64,000 bases of DNA from a bacterium (lineage in GTDB: Bacteria > Bacillota > Clostridia > Lachnospirales > Lachnospiraceae), in contig CAVKOU010000008.1 in assembly GCA_963658085.1 (NCBI GenBank), forward strand, positions 8 to 64,007, in the 5' to 3' direction. The notes under the pieces were generated by a model. The model was not told the DNA's origin. It saw nothing but the letters and a program-made list of their open reading frames with translations, and ran no database searches. Within the stretch, counting starts at the first letter, position 1. Every line of letters starts with the position of its first letter. The translations under genes and the position numbers were made by a program. Positions 1 to 9,806 of the stretch are shown here, piece after piece.

Positions 1-161
1 GATCTGAAAACATTATTTATATGCTTTCTGATATTAGTTTCATCCTTACCAAATAAAACTGCCATTTGATTCGCTGATAACCATACCGATTCTCCATCTC
101 GAGATACTGGTACTTCTAATTGTATATTTCCATCCATAAATAAGACGATATCATTTTCCAT
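1..161 (-). CDS. RhuM-family protein, N-terminal fragment (gene runs off the left edge)
   Basis: Not in the ORF track. The reverse strand from ATG at 159-161 reads MENDIVLFMDGNIQLEVPVSRDGESVWLSANQMAVLFGKDETNIRKHINNVF. This resembles the conserved N-terminus of RhuM-type island/prophage proteins. Confidence 0.55.
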   Translation of the reverse strand, partial: MENDIVLFMDGNIQLEVPVSRDGESVWLSANQMAVLFGKDETNIRKHINNVFR

Positions 162-234
162 ATTCTTCACCTATTACCTTCTTCGTAATGTACAATATAT
201 ATCCACCTACAATGTTCATATAGTTCAACTGCCA

Positions 235-762
235 TTAACAAATAAAACTGTTTTTTGATAATGTATCTATCACTGATTTTACAGTACTTTTCAGATTCAG
301 TCCATCTTTTAGTCCCAGCCGGTAGAAAAACTCTTCTGTATCTGCTCCACTGCTAAAAATTGCATTACAGTATTCCGTAATCACTTCTTCCTGTTCTGGC
401 GATAATGTTTCCAGCAAGCCCTGGTATTTCTTTTCAATCTCACTTACTGGCTCCTTATCCTGTTTTAACTTCCATTCCGAATATGCTTTTCCCATGTGCT
501 CCCCAATAGTCAGATTGACAAATTCCTGCACTTCTTCTGGCGCCGCACCCGAAAATTCCTGTTTTTCTTTCTTTTCATTGTTTGATTTTTCAAGTGTCGT
601 ATCATCAATATAACGGATGATTTCCCACAGATTTGACTTCATGGATTGCAGATCCCCTTTCATTAGCACAGCTACTTTTCTTGCTTCCGATTCTTCGGTT
701 TCTTTTTCCTGCATATAAAACTTTTCCGGCTCTTTTTCCATATATTCTTCCGGTTTTTCCAC
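235..762 (-). CDS. Hypothetical acidic protein, mobile-element associated. Its frame stays open upstream into the RepA_N fragment.
   Basis: 175 aa ORF rich in Glu/Lys, with no recognisable catalytic motif. It lies between the RepA_N fragment and the RhuM-like gene on the same strand. Confidence 0.4.
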   Translation of the reverse strand: MEKPEEYMEKEPEKFYMQEKETEESEARKVAVLMKGDLQSMKSNLWEIIRYIDDTTLEKSNNEKKEKQEFSGAAPEEVQEFVNLTIGEHMGKAYSEWKLKQDKEPVSEIEKKYQGLLETLSPEQEEVITEYCNAIFSSGADTEEFFYRLGLKDGLNLKSTVKSVIDTLSKNSFIC

Positions 763-1013
763 CAGCTTTTCTGATGTTTCTTCTGCTTCCAGAACTGCCG
801 GTTCATCTGGATATTCCTGCCACAGTTCAGCATCTCCATAATCTCTTCCAGCGAAAAGAAAATATACGCCCTGTCCTCTTCGTCAAACCAGCAGTTCTTG
901 ATAGACAGTAACATCTGGTCTAACATCAGTCCGTACAGCACCTTTGCTTCACAGGAGAGATTCTTAAAATATTCACTTATAACCGGCAGCTTCCTCCGGA
1001 TGCAGGGCAACAA
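672..1013 (-). pseudogene. Replication initiator protein A (RepA_N) N-terminal fragment, truncated and frameshifted
   Basis: KLPVISEYFKNLSCEAKVLYGLMLDQMLLSIKNCWFDEEDRAYIFFSLEEIMEMLNCG matches the RepA_N winged-helix core. After NCG the frame becomes Lys/Trp-rich nonsense, while another frame continues as ORF 235-762. The usual N-terminal segment and ATG are missing. Confidence 0.6.
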
Positions 1014-1233
1014 AAAAACAGTCTGCCCTGACGGAAAATACTTCCATCAAAACAAACTGTTCTTTTATTTACGCTAATTATATTTTCTGAGAATGACTAC
1101 TTTTGCGAAAATCTCCGATGAATCCGGAATAAAAACAAAGGAAAAAATATATTTTCACTCCATTTGCACTCCACTGGAGCATCCAGACAGCCCACAAAGC
1201 CTTTATTTATAGGCTTTTTCGCAATTTTGTCCG

Positions 1234-2811
1234 CTACTCGAACTCAATCGTTCCCGGCGGTTTACTGGTTAGATCATAGAATACTCTATTTACTCCCTTG
1301 ACCTCGTTAATAATTCTGCTCATTACTGTCTGCAATACTTCAAATGGAATATCTGCCGACTCTGCTGTCATAAAGTCAATAGTCTTCACTGCACGGAGAG
1401 CCACTGCATAGTCATAGGTTCTCTCATCTCCCATAACTCCTACGGAACGCATATTGGTAAGAGCTGCAAAATACTGGTTCGGCATCCAGGATGGTGCTTT
1501 TCCATTCTCTTTCTTATACTCTGCTGCAGCTTTATCTACTTCTTCACGGTAAATATAGTCCGCATCCTGTACCACACGTACCTTCCACTCAGTAATATCT
1601 CCGATGATACGGATTCCCAGTCCCGGTCCCGGGAATGGCTGACGGAATACTAATTCCTCCGGGATTCCAAGTTCCAGTCCTGCCTTACGGACCTCATCTT
1701 TAAATAAGTCTCTTAATGGCTCGATGATTTCTTTAAAATCTACATACTCCGGAAGTCCGCCTACATTGTGATGAGACTTAATAACTGCCGATTCACCACC
1801 AAGTCCACTCTCTACCACATCAGGATAAATCGTTCCCTGAGCCAGGAAATCTACAGCACCGATTTTTTTTGCTTCTTCCTCAAAGACACGAATAAATTCT
1901 TCTCCGATGATCTTGCGCTTTTTCTCCGGCTCTGTTACTCCAGCTAATTTATCGTAGTATCTTTGCTGTGCATTGACACGAATAAAATTCAAATCAAACT
2001 GTCCATCCGTGCCAAATACAGCCTCTACCTCGTCTCCTTCATTTTTTCTAAGAAGACCGTGATCTACAAATACACAAGTAAGCTGCTTGCCGATCGCTCT
2101 GGACAATAATCCTGCTGCCACGGAAGAATCTACACCTCCGGACAACGCCAGAAGAACTTTTCCATCTCCTACTTTCTCTCTGATCTGCTTGATAGATTCC
2201 TCTACGAAAGAATCCATGCGCCAATCTCCTGCACATCCGCATACTCCCAATACGAAGTTCGAGAGCATCTTGGTTCCTTCTTCTGTATGAAGTACTTCCG
2301 GATGGAACTGAATCGCATAAAGACCTTTCTCAGCATTCTCAAGGGCTGCGGTTGGACAGTCTGCGGTATGAGCAGTAATCTCAAATCCCGGAGCTGCCTG
2401 TGAAATGTAATCAAAATGGCTCATCCAACAAATAGTCTTCTCTGATACTCCTGCAAATACCTCGGATTCTGTTTTATCGATGAGTACCTCTGTCTTTCCA
2501 TATTCTCTTACAGTTGCCTTCTCAACCTTTCCTCCAAGCACATGCATCATTAATTGTGCACCGTAGCAAAGTCCAAGCACCGGAATTCCAAGCTCAAATA
2601 ATTCTTTCTGATAGGTTGGGGAATCTGCCTCATAGCAGCTATTTGGTCCACCTGTCAAAATGATACCCTTGGGATTCATAGCCTTAATCTTTTCAAGATC
2701 TGTTTTATAGGAATAAATTTCACAGTAGACATTACACTCTCTGACACGGCGTGCCACCAACTGATTGTACTGTCCTCCGAAATCGATGACGATTACTAAT
2801 TCTCTTTTCAA
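1234..2811 (-). CDS. guaA: GMP synthase (glutamine-hydrolysing)
   Basis: Contains the GATase motif [11 protein letters not shown], the ATP-PPase motif SGGVDSS and the C-terminal PPGTIEFE. The ORF is open to 2847, but the only good SD (AAGGAGG) precedes the TTG at 2811. Confidence 0.93.
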   Translation of the reverse strand: MKRELVIVIDFGGQYNQLVARRVRECNVYCEIYSYKTDLEKIKAMNPKGIILTGGPNSCYEADSPTYQKELFELGIPVLGLCYGAQLMMHVLGGKVEKATVREYGKTEVLIDKTESEVFAGVSEKTICWMSHFDYISQAAPGFEITAHTADCPTAALENAEKGLYAIQFHPEVLHTEEGTKMLSNFVLGVCGCAGDWRMDSFVEESIKQIREKVGDGKVLLALSGGVDSSVAAGLLSRAIGKQLTCVFVDHGLLRKNEGDEVEAVFGTDGQFDLNFIRVNAQQRYYDKLAGVTEPEKKRKIIGEEFIRVFEEEAKKIGAVDFLAQGTIYPDVVESGLGGESAVIKSHHNVGGLPEYVDFKEIIEPLRDLFKDEVRKAGLELGIPEELVFRQPFPGPGLGIRIIGDITEWKVRVVQDADYIYREEVDKAAAEYKKENGKAPSWMPNQYFAALTNMRSVGVMGDERTYDYAVALRAVKTIDFMTAESADIPFEVLQTVMSRIINEVKGVNRVFYDLTSKPPGTIEFE

Positions 2812-2941
2812 AAGACTGTCCTCCTTTTTTACCATAGATAAATTCATTATATAGGAGAGCTTTCTCTTTTACAAGAGTGACTCCCAAACAAAATTTCCAT
2901 GGTTATAATATCATTATAATAAATGAATAAGATTCCTATAT

Positions 2942-2981
2942 AAAAAAGGACTCGTTACGGATTATTATCCATAACGAGCCC
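2942..2981 (-). terminator. Rho-independent terminator after the ferredoxin gene
   Basis: On the minus strand: ctcgttatggat-aataa-atccgtaacgag followed by a U-run. The single non-Watson-Crick position is a G-U pair only on the minus strand. Confidence 0.7.
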
Positions 2982-3002
2982 CGGCTTTTCATATTATGTG
3001 AA

Positions 3003-3173
3003 TTACTCTACTGTAATTGCTCCTGTTGGACAGGCACCTTCGCAAGCTCCGCAAGATACACATACATCTGGGTCTACTACGAACTGAGAATCTCCAGCGC
3101 TGATTGCTCCTACTGGACATGTTGCCTCACAAGCTCCACACATTACACATACATCACTAATTGTTGCTGCCAT
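3003..3173 (-). CDS. 2x[4Fe-4S] ferredoxin
   Basis: Two CxxCxxCxxxCP motifs (CVMCGACEATCP, CVSCGACEGACP). ATG at 3173 is preceded by AAGGAGGT. Confidence 0.9.
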   Translation of the reverse strand: MAATISDVCVMCGACEATCPVGAISAGDSQFVVDPDVCVSCGACEGACPTGAITVE

Positions 3174-3321
3174 TGGTATTACCTCCTTATTTTTCAAACG
3201 TTGTTTCTCATGATACACCAAAAATTGGCGAATGTACACAAAAAACCATCCATATTCCCCAACTATTTTTCTCAAGAGTAAATGCTAATCATTTTCAAAA
3301 TTCTCCTATAATTTTCTATGA

Positions 3322-4650
3322 TCAAGCCTGCTTTTCAAACACTACTTCCATGCGTGTTCCTTTGTTCACTTCACTCTGCACATGAATCTGTGCATTATGC
3401 AAAATTGCCCCATGCTTCACAATAGAAAGGCCCAATCCAGTTCCTCCGGTTTCTTTGGAATGGCTTTTGTCCACCCGGTAAAAACGTTCAAAAATTCGTT
3501 CCTGCGCATTTTTCGGAATTCCGATTCCCGTATCTGTCACAATCACCTTCTTGCCCTGAAGGGTATCTCCTACCCATACAGTAACAGATCCTCCTACCCG
3601 GTTGTACTTTACAGCGTTTTCGCAAATATTATAGATCATCTCATCTAAAACCTGACGGACACCTTTTACAGTCACCGGTTCTCCGGTAACCTGCATATGT
3701 ACATCCCGTTTACTGAGTTGAGGCTGAAGTCTTGCGCATATTTCTCTTGTAAGCAGATAAAGATCTACATTTTCTCGCTCCAGTTCGATCTTATCCTCGT
3801 CTAACTTCGATAATTTAATAATATCCTCGATCAAGGTAATGAGTCTTGATGCTTCCTTATAAATTGTCTCACTAAATCTCGGCACATCCTCCGGCTTGAC
3901 CAATCCATTTTTCATAATCTCCGCATAACCGGAAATGGATGTAAGAGGAGTTTTCAACTCATGGGATACATTTGCAGAAAATTCCTTCCTGATCTCTGCC
4001 ACTGCATCCTTCTCTTTATTTTGCTTATCGATTCGCTCCAGTAATGGCGTCAATTCCCCGTATACCTCCGGATTCTTCAACGGTTCATTCAAATCCAGTT
4101 CATTAATGGGACGAATGAGTTTTGCCACCTGATAACCCGACAGAAGCCAGGCGCAGATAAGCATCAACACCGCAATGATCCCCATAGGAGGAAGCACTGT
4201 AAGAGCTGTACTCCTAACATTATCTACCGCCTTGGATACTCTTAATATTTTTTCATCCGGCAGTTTCATAGCATAGTAAAACATGTCTTTGCTCATGGTA
4301 TCGGACTGACGAATATCTTTTCCGGTTCCGGATTTCATGGCCTGCTTTACCTCCGGACGGTTCTTGTGATTTTCCAGGCTTTTCCCTTCCGGATCTGAGG
4401 AGTCATATACCACACTTCCATCGGAATTTATTAGAGTAACTCGGGTATTCTCATCTACCTCGTCTAAATTCTGTACATAATTTTCCCCGGATACTTCGAT
4501 GGCGGTACTGATATATTCCGCTTCCTGTTTAATCTGGGTTTCCATAATGGTCATTGTATGCCTATAAACAATAAACGTTGTGATGGCATAAGCCACCAAC
4601 AACGTTGTTGTTACAATAAAGATCATACTCTGTTGAATCTTTTCTCTCAT
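3322..4650 (-). CDS. phoR: Sensor histidine kinase, PhoR-like
   Basis: Two TM segments, H-box SHELKTPLTSISGYAEI, and the G-box region DTGIGIP...GGTGLGLSIV. It sits downstream of the pst-phoU-regulator genes. Confidence 0.85.
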   Translation of the reverse strand: MREKIQQSMIFIVTTTLLVAYAITTFIVYRHTMTIMETQIKQEAEYISTAIEVSGENYVQNLDEVDENTRVTLINSDGSVVYDSSDPEGKSLENHKNRPEVKQAMKSGTGKDIRQSDTMSKDMFYYAMKLPDEKILRVSKAVDNVRSTALTVLPPMGIIAVLMLICAWLLSGYQVAKLIRPINELDLNEPLKNPEVYGELTPLLERIDKQNKEKDAVAEIRKEFSANVSHELKTPLTSISGYAEIMKNGLVKPEDVPRFSETIYKEASRLITLIEDIIKLSKLDEDKIELERENVDLYLLTREICARLQPQLSKRDVHMQVTGEPVTVKGVRQVLDEMIYNICENAVKYNRVGGSVTVWVGDTLQGKKVIVTDTGIGIPKNAQERIFERFYRVDKSHSKETGGTGLGLSIVKHGAILHNAQIHVQSEVNKGTRMEVVFEKQA

Positions 4651-4663
4651 TGTCTCATCCTTT

Positions 4664-5335
4664 TTAGCTCATTCGATATCCAACACCTCGAACAGTTTCA
4701 ATTCGGTCCCCGTAATCTCCAAGCTTTTGTCTTAAGGTTCTCACATGGACATCCACAGTTCTGGTTTCTCCGTCAAAATCGTATCCCCAGATATCCTCCA
4801 ACAGCTGGTCTCTGGTTTGAACGATATTTGGATTTCTCATGAGGCGTTTTAAAAGCTGATATTCCTTAAGGGTCAGTTGCACCACTTGATCTCCTGCTAC
4901 CACCTCATGCTTATCCGTATTCATCTCAATGCCTCTAAAGGTCAGAACATGAGGCTTGGCATTTTCTCCCTGTCCACTTCTTCGAAGCACAGCCTTGATC
5001 CTGGACACTAATTCCATCATACCAAAGGGCTTGGTAACATAATCGTCTGCTCCTGCATCCAGTCCCATTACCTTGTCATATTCCGCACCTCTGGCCGTCA
5101 CCATGATTACCGGGATTCCTCTGGTCTTCTCATCGGATTTCATCCACTTCAAAAGCTCCATTCCATCTTCTCCCGGGAGCATAATATCAAGCAAAACAAG
5201 CTCTGGCACTTCCTGTGCCAAAGCCTCTTTAAATGATTGTCCTTCTTCAAATCCTCGTGCATGAAATCCAGTGCTCTCCAGTGTATATATCACTAATTCA
5301 CGAATGCTGCTGTCATCCTCTACACAATAAATCAT
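4664..5335 (-). CDS. phoP: OmpR-family response regulator, PhoB/PhoP-like
   Basis: Receiver domain (VEDD...LLDIMLPGEDG...KPF) plus a winged-helix C-terminus (RTVDVHVRTLRQKL...VRGVGYR). Confidence 0.88.
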   Translation of the reverse strand: MIYCVEDDSSIRELVIYTLESTGFHARGFEEGQSFKEALAQEVPELVLLDIMLPGEDGMELLKWMKSDEKTRGIPVIMVTARGAEYDKVMGLDAGADDYVTKPFGMMELVSRIKAVLRRSGQGENAKPHVLTFRGIEMNTDKHEVVAGDQVVQLTLKEYQLLKRLMRNPNIVQTRDQLLEDIWGYDFDGETRTVDVHVRTLRQKLGDYGDRIETVRGVGYRMS

Positions 5336-5982
5336 AAACTTTCTCCTTTATGTACGCCAGTAATAGAAAATTCGACCCACTCAGCAATATTGGTTGCATG
5401 ATCCGCAATTCTCTCTAAATACTTTGCTACCATAATAAGATCCATAGCGTGACGGCCATCCTCTGCATGATCTGCAATCTGCTGAATCAGCTTTGTCTTC
5501 ACTCCCTCAAAGAGTTCATCCACCACATCATCTTCCTGGATTACATCACCTGCAAGAACCAAATCTTTCTTTACATAGGCCTCTACACTTTCATGGACCA
5601 TCTTGGTTGCCGCCTCTGACATCTGAATAATCATCGGAATATCCACCTGAGCATCCTTATTTTCAGATACGATGATTTCTCCGATATCAGCTGCCTGATC
5701 GCCGATTCTCTCCATATCTGTAATCATCTTAAGAGCTGCGGAAATCTGTCTAAGATCTCTTGCTACCGGTTGCTGTTGAAGCAATAATTTCAGGCAAATA
5801 CCTTCGATCTCACTTTCCAACTGATCAATCTTCTCATCAAACTGAACGACTTCTTTTGCCAGTTTCTGGTTTCCTTCTTTTAATGCTGTTGTTGCATTGG
5901 TAATCGCTGTCTCACAAAGCTCTCCCATATGCACCATGTCTTCATTAAGACGTTCCAGCTGTTCATCAAATCTATTACGCAT
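5332..5982 (-). CDS. phoU: Phosphate signalling complex protein PhoU
   Basis: Duplicated PhoU helices with ERIGDQA and ERIADHATNIAEW motifs. There is a 4-nt overlap with the regulator gene. Confidence 0.92.
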   Translation of the reverse strand: MRNRFDEQLERLNEDMVHMGELCETAITNATTALKEGNQKLAKEVVQFDEKIDQLESEIEGICLKLLLQQQPVARDLRQISAALKMITDMERIGDQAADIGEIIVSENKDAQVDIPMIIQMSEAATKMVHESVEAYVKKDLVLAGDVIQEDDVVDELFEGVKTKLIQQIADHAEDGRHAMDLIMVAKYLERIADHATNIAEWVEFSITGVHKGESL

Positions 5983-5985
5983 GTC

Positions 5986-6735
5986 TTAGCCAAACCTCCC
6001 TGTAATATAATCTTCTGTTCTCTTATCCTGTGGAATAGAAAACAATTTTTCCGTATCATTATATTCAATCACTTCTCCTAATAGGAAGAATGCGGTATTG
6101 TCTGAGACACGTACTGCCTGCTGCATATTATGGGTTACCATGACAATAGTATAATCTTTTTTCAACTCAAGAACAAGGTCTTCGATCTTAGATGTAGAAA
6201 TCGGATCCAGAGCTGAGGTAGGCTCATCCATAAGAAGAACCTCCGGCTCTACAGCCAACGCTCTTGCGATACAAAGTCTCTGCTGCTGTCCACCGGACAT
6301 TCCAAGGGCACTGCTCTTTAATCTATCCTTACACTCATCCCAAATTGCTGCGTTACGAAGAGATGTTTCTACGATCTCATCAAGCTTTGCCTTGGAACGG
6401 ATTCCGTGGGTTCTTGGTCCATAAGCAATATTGTCATAAATACTCATCGGAAATGGATTTGGTTTCTGAAATACCATTCCCACTCTTTTTCTCAATACGT
6501 TTACATCTAAATCCTTAAATATATCCTGGCCGTCTAGAAGAATTTCCCCTTCAATACGACAACCTTCAACTAAATCATTCATTCGATTAATGGATTTTAA
6601 TAATGTAGATTTTCCACATCCGGAAGGTCCGATAAAGGCGGTAATTTTATTTGCCTCAATATCCAGATTTACATTTTTTAATGCGTGAAAATCAGAATAA
6701 TACAAATCCATGTTTTTAACACTAAGTTTGCTCAT
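5986..6735 (-). CDS. pstB: Phosphate ABC transporter ATP-binding protein
   Basis: Walker [10 protein letters not shown], signature SGGQQQR, Walker [12 protein letters not shown], and the typical PstB C-terminus [10 protein letters not shown]. The ORF is open to 6750, and the ATG at 6735 has the better SD (GAGGAA). Confidence 0.93.
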   Translation of the reverse strand: MSKLSVKNMDLYYSDFHALKNVNLDIEANKITAFIGPSGCGKSTLLKSINRMNDLVEGCRIEGEILLDGQDIFKDLDVNVLRKRVGMVFQKPNPFPMSIYDNIAYGPRTHGIRSKAKLDEIVETSLRNAAIWDECKDRLKSSALGMSGGQQQRLCIARALAVEPEVLLMDEPTSALDPISTSKIEDLVLELKKDYTIVMVTHNMQQAVRVSDNTAFFLLGEVIEYNDTEKLFSIPQDKRTEDYITGRFG

Positions 6736-6810
6736 CTTATCATTCCTCATAAATTGCGGGTGTTCGCAATCCTCTTTGCTACTTGCTCCTATAAATTGCA
6801 GTCTATGCCT

Positions 6811-7695
6811 TTATGCATTGGTCAGTTTCTTTGCCAGCATACTGGATAACGTATTGATCAAAACTACTACCACCAAAAGAATAACTGCAGTGGCATAAGC
6901 CTGATCCATATATAAACCCTCACTGGCCAGATTGTACATATGAACTGCCAAAGTTCTTCCTGAACTGAGAACAGAATTCGGAATCTTTGCTACAGTACCT
7001 GCGGTATAGATAAGAGCAGCCGTCTCTCCAACGATACGTCCGACTGCCAAAATCACGCCGGCTAAGATTCCCGGAACCGCTGCAGGTAAAACGATCCGAA
7101 ATACGGTACGAAGTTTTCCCGCTCCCAAACCAAAACTTCCCTCTCTATAGGAATCCGGAACGGATTTTAATGCTTCCTCTGTACTTCTCATAATAAGTGG
7201 CAATACCATGATCGCCAGGGTAAATGCACCTGCAAGTAATGAAAATCCCCATCCACAGGTCTGTACGAAAAACAGCATTCCGAACAATCCATATACGATA
7301 GAAGGAATTCCCTGAAGAGTCTCTGTAGTCATTCGAATGACTTCTACGAATTTATTTCCTCTCTTTGCATATTCTACCAAAAAGATGGCAGAAAAAATTC
7401 CGAAAGGAACTGCGATCAGCAGGGAAAGGAAAGTCATAATAATGGTATTGATAAGGGCCGGCATCAAAGATGCATTTTCAGAAGAGTACTCCAAAGAAAA
7501 TAAAGACGGCTTAATATAAGGAACTCCGTGGATCAAAATATATGCGATCAAGAAAATCAATACCGAAAATGTTATGATTGCTGATAACATTACAAGCAGC
7601 ATTACAATCAAAGATCCCGGTGTCTTGGTGTAGGATTTTAATTTCTGTCCTACTGTCATTGTATTTCTAGCTTTTTTATCATTCACGTCCGCCAC
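6811..7695 (-). CDS. pstA: Phosphate ABC transporter permease PstA
   Basis: Six-TM permease with an EAA-like loop (EALKSVPDSYREGSFGLGA). The start is uncertain. A GTG at 7686 follows GAGGTGG. Confidence 0.88.
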   Translation of the reverse strand: MADVNDKKARNTMTVGQKLKSYTKTPGSLIVMLLVMLSAIITFSVLIFLIAYILIHGVPYIKPSLFSLEYSSENASLMPALINTIIMTFLSLLIAVPFGIFSAIFLVEYAKRGNKFVEVIRMTTETLQGIPSIVYGLFGMLFFVQTCGWGFSLLAGAFTLAIMVLPLIMRSTEEALKSVPDSYREGSFGLGAGKLRTVFRIVLPAAVPGILAGVILAVGRIVGETAALIYTAGTVAKIPNSVLSSGRTLAVHMYNLASEGLYMDQAYATAVILLVVVVLINTLSSMLAKKLTNA

Positions 7696-8572
7696 CTCGT
7701 TTCAATAATGCTACGCTGAAATTCAACAGCAGGATAAATACAAACAATACTACACCGGTAGCAATCAAGGCTTCTCTGTGAAGTCCTGAAGCATATCCCA
7801 TTTCGATAACGATATTAGCTGTCAGAGTACGAACACCTTTGAAAATACCATCCGGGATCCTTGCCTGATTACCAGCAACCATGATAACCGCCATAGTCTC
7901 ACCGATGGCACGTCCGATACCAAGTACAAGGGCTGCGATAACACCGGATTTTGCTGCGGGTAATACTACTGTAAATATTGCTCTCTCATGCGTTCCGCCC
8001 AAAGCCACTGCTCCCTCATAATACTGGGTAGGCACAGCCCGAAGAGCCGACTCTGTCAGACCAATAATTGTAGGCAGGATCATCATTCCAAGAAGCAACG
8101 ACGCGGTAAGGATACTACTTCCATTTCCTGCACTTTTTAAAAGTCCCATACTTTTTAAATCCCGTCCCATTTCTCTTACCAATGGAACCAAGACCACTAA
8201 TCCAAAGAAACCATATACAACGGAAGGAATTCCGGCCAAAAGCTCCGTTGCTGTTTTTAAAGGTTTGTAAATTTGCTTCGGACAATAGAAGGCCATAAAC
8301 ACTGCAGTCAGCACTCCGATGGGAACTCCGAAAAGAATTGCTCCTGCTGTTACGTATAAACTTCCGATGATCATTGGGAAGATTCCGTAAATATCGTTGT
8401 TAGGTTTCCATCTTATGCCACTTAAAAAATCGCCAAAACCGATCTCTTTCATTGCAGGAATACCATTTGCAAATAAAAAGATACAAATGAGAGCTACCGC
8501 CAGCACCGAAGCGCAGGCGGCAACGAAGAACACTCCCTGCATGAATTTTTCTGTCCATGCTTTTTGATTCAT
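7679..8572 (-). CDS. pstC: Phosphate ABC transporter permease PstC
   Basis: Multi-TM permease with ESALRAVPTQYYEGAVALGG. SD GAGGAG lies before the ATG. Confidence 0.88.
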   Translation of the reverse strand: MNQKAWTEKFMQGVFFVAACASVLAVALICIFLFANGIPAMKEIGFGDFLSGIRWKPNNDIYGIFPMIIGSLYVTAGAILFGVPIGVLTAVFMAFYCPKQIYKPLKTATELLAGIPSVVYGFFGLVVLVPLVREMGRDLKSMGLLKSAGNGSSILTASLLLGMMILPTIIGLTESALRAVPTQYYEGAVALGGTHERAIFTVVLPAAKSGVIAALVLGIGRAIGETMAVIMVAGNQARIPDGIFKGVRTLTANIVIEMGYASGLHREALIATGVVLFVFILLLNFSVALLKRGGGRE

Positions 8573-8630
8573 TCTAACACTCCTCTAGTGAAACCACTGT
8601 GGTACAGGTTTATACCATGGAAACTACTTA

Positions 8631-9551
8631 TTAAAGGACATCATCCCATGTAAGAGCCTCTCCTGTATAAATGCTCTTTACCTGATCTACACTAAGCTCA
8701 TCGATGGTGTTGTTCTTGTTTACAATAACCGCGATTCCATCGGTAGCGATTACAGTTGCTTCAAGTTCAGAAGCCTCATCATCCTTAAGTTCACGAGATG
8801 CCATTCCGATATCGTAGCTTCCGTCGATGGTAGATGTCATACCTGTTGTAGAATCGGTTGTCTGTAACTCAATTTCTGCATTTGGATTTACATCTTTGTA
8901 AGCCTCGATCAGTTTCTCCATAACCGGTGATACAGAAGAAGATCCTCCTACAACTGCTTTTCCGGAAGGAGCAGATCCTGCATAATCCTCAACATCATCC
9001 ACTGCAATATAGCCGTTCTCCTCAACTACTGCCTGTCCCTCTGTACTCATGATAAAGTCGATGAAATCCTTTGCTACTTCATTATCAAGATCAGCCTTTG
9101 TTGCAATGTTGAAAGGTCTTGATACCTTGTAGTCTCCACTCTTGATATTCTCAGCTGTTGCCTCAGCTCCATCGATCTTAAGAGCTTTTACGCTATCATC
9201 CAAAGAACCAAGAGATACATATCCAATTGCATAGTCATCTCCTGCTACTGTTGTAAGCATTACAGATGTGCTATTTGTGATCTGTGCATCCTCTGTAGTG
9301 TTATCTACTTTATTTCCATCTGCATCTTTCTCTTCGATACCAAATAACTCGATAAATGCTCCTCTTGTTCCAGAACCGTCTTCTCTTGAAACGATGGTAA
9401 TATCTGAAGATGTATCAAAATCTCCGGAAGCTTCTGTTTCTGCTGCACTAGAATCTGTATCTGTAGAATCAGATGAATTTCCACATCCGACTGCCATTCC
9501 TGCTACCATTGTTGCAACTGCCATTAATGCGATAAACTTTTTCATTTTCAT
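8631..9551 (-). CDS. pstS: Phosphate-binding lipoprotein PstS
   Basis: Signal peptide with lipobox (MAVGCGNS) and the PBP motif SREDGSGTRGAF. ATG at 9551 is preceded by AAAGGAG. Confidence 0.88.
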   Translation of the reverse strand: MKMKKFIALMAVATMVAGMAVGCGNSSDSTDTDSSAAETEASGDFDTSSDITIVSREDGSGTRGAFIELFGIEEKDADGNKVDNTTEDAQITNSTSVMLTTVAGDDYAIGYVSLGSLDDSVKALKIDGAEATAENIKSGDYKVSRPFNIATKADLDNEVAKDFIDFIMSTEGQAVVEENGYIAVDDVEDYAGSAPSGKAVVGGSSSVSPVMEKLIEAYKDVNPNAEIELQTTDSTTGMTSTIDGSYDIGMASRELKDDEASELEATVIATDGIAVIVNKNNTIDELSVDQVKSIYTGEALTWDDVL

Positions 9552-9612
9552 TTTTGAATTTTCTCCTTTTTTATCTTCTTTCACTTCTTGCACCTCATGT
9601 GCACAAGAGATA

Positions 9613-9698
9613 TGTTATCGGAGAAATGTAAAATCCAAAATCTTCTCTAAGTTAAAACTCTGTAAACTCTCAAAAAATACTTGCATCCTATTTGTAAC
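9613..9698 (-). promoter_or_regulatory. Candidate Pho-box-like hexamer repeats upstream of pstS
   Basis: Minus-strand hexamers are TTTACA (9627-9632), TTTAAC (9651-9656), TTTACA (9661-9666) and GTTACA (9693-9698). The middle pair is spaced 10 bp start to start, resembling TT(A/T/C)ACA PhoP boxes. Confidence 0.3.
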
Positions 9699-9806
9699 TG
9701 CATTTTGAAAGATAATGGGTTACTTTTCTTTCGAAAACAGATATAATGAAGTGATAAATATTATAGAAGATAAAATCATGATATACGTTGAAAGGAATTT
9801 ATAGAT

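Larger units (their letters stand above)
1..1030. mobile_element. Decayed integrative-element remnant next to the guaA 3' end
   Basis: RhuM-like, acidic hypothetical and broken RepA_N genes are co-oriented. There is a 7-bp inverted repeat cagggca/tgccctg at about 1003-1030. No integrase is visible in the window. Confidence 0.5.

Noticed and set aside
672-1013. Treating the RepA_N ORF as an intact replication gene, implying a plasmid or active element.
   Set aside because: The N-terminal segment and ATG are missing. The conserved region after NCG is lost through a frame change, and the rest of the Rep protein is absent.
1196-1217. Hairpin aaagcc/ggcttt as the guaA terminator.
   Set aside because: The stem is only 6 bp with a 10-nt loop, and the U-run is on the plus strand rather than the guaA strand. 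That is too weak to list as a feature.
2848-2941. Purine riboswitch upstream of guaA.
   Set aside because: The leader has a small GGGAG…CUCUCC hairpin but lacks the three-way junction and the conserved UUUCUACC / CCGUAAA / GACUAUG elements.
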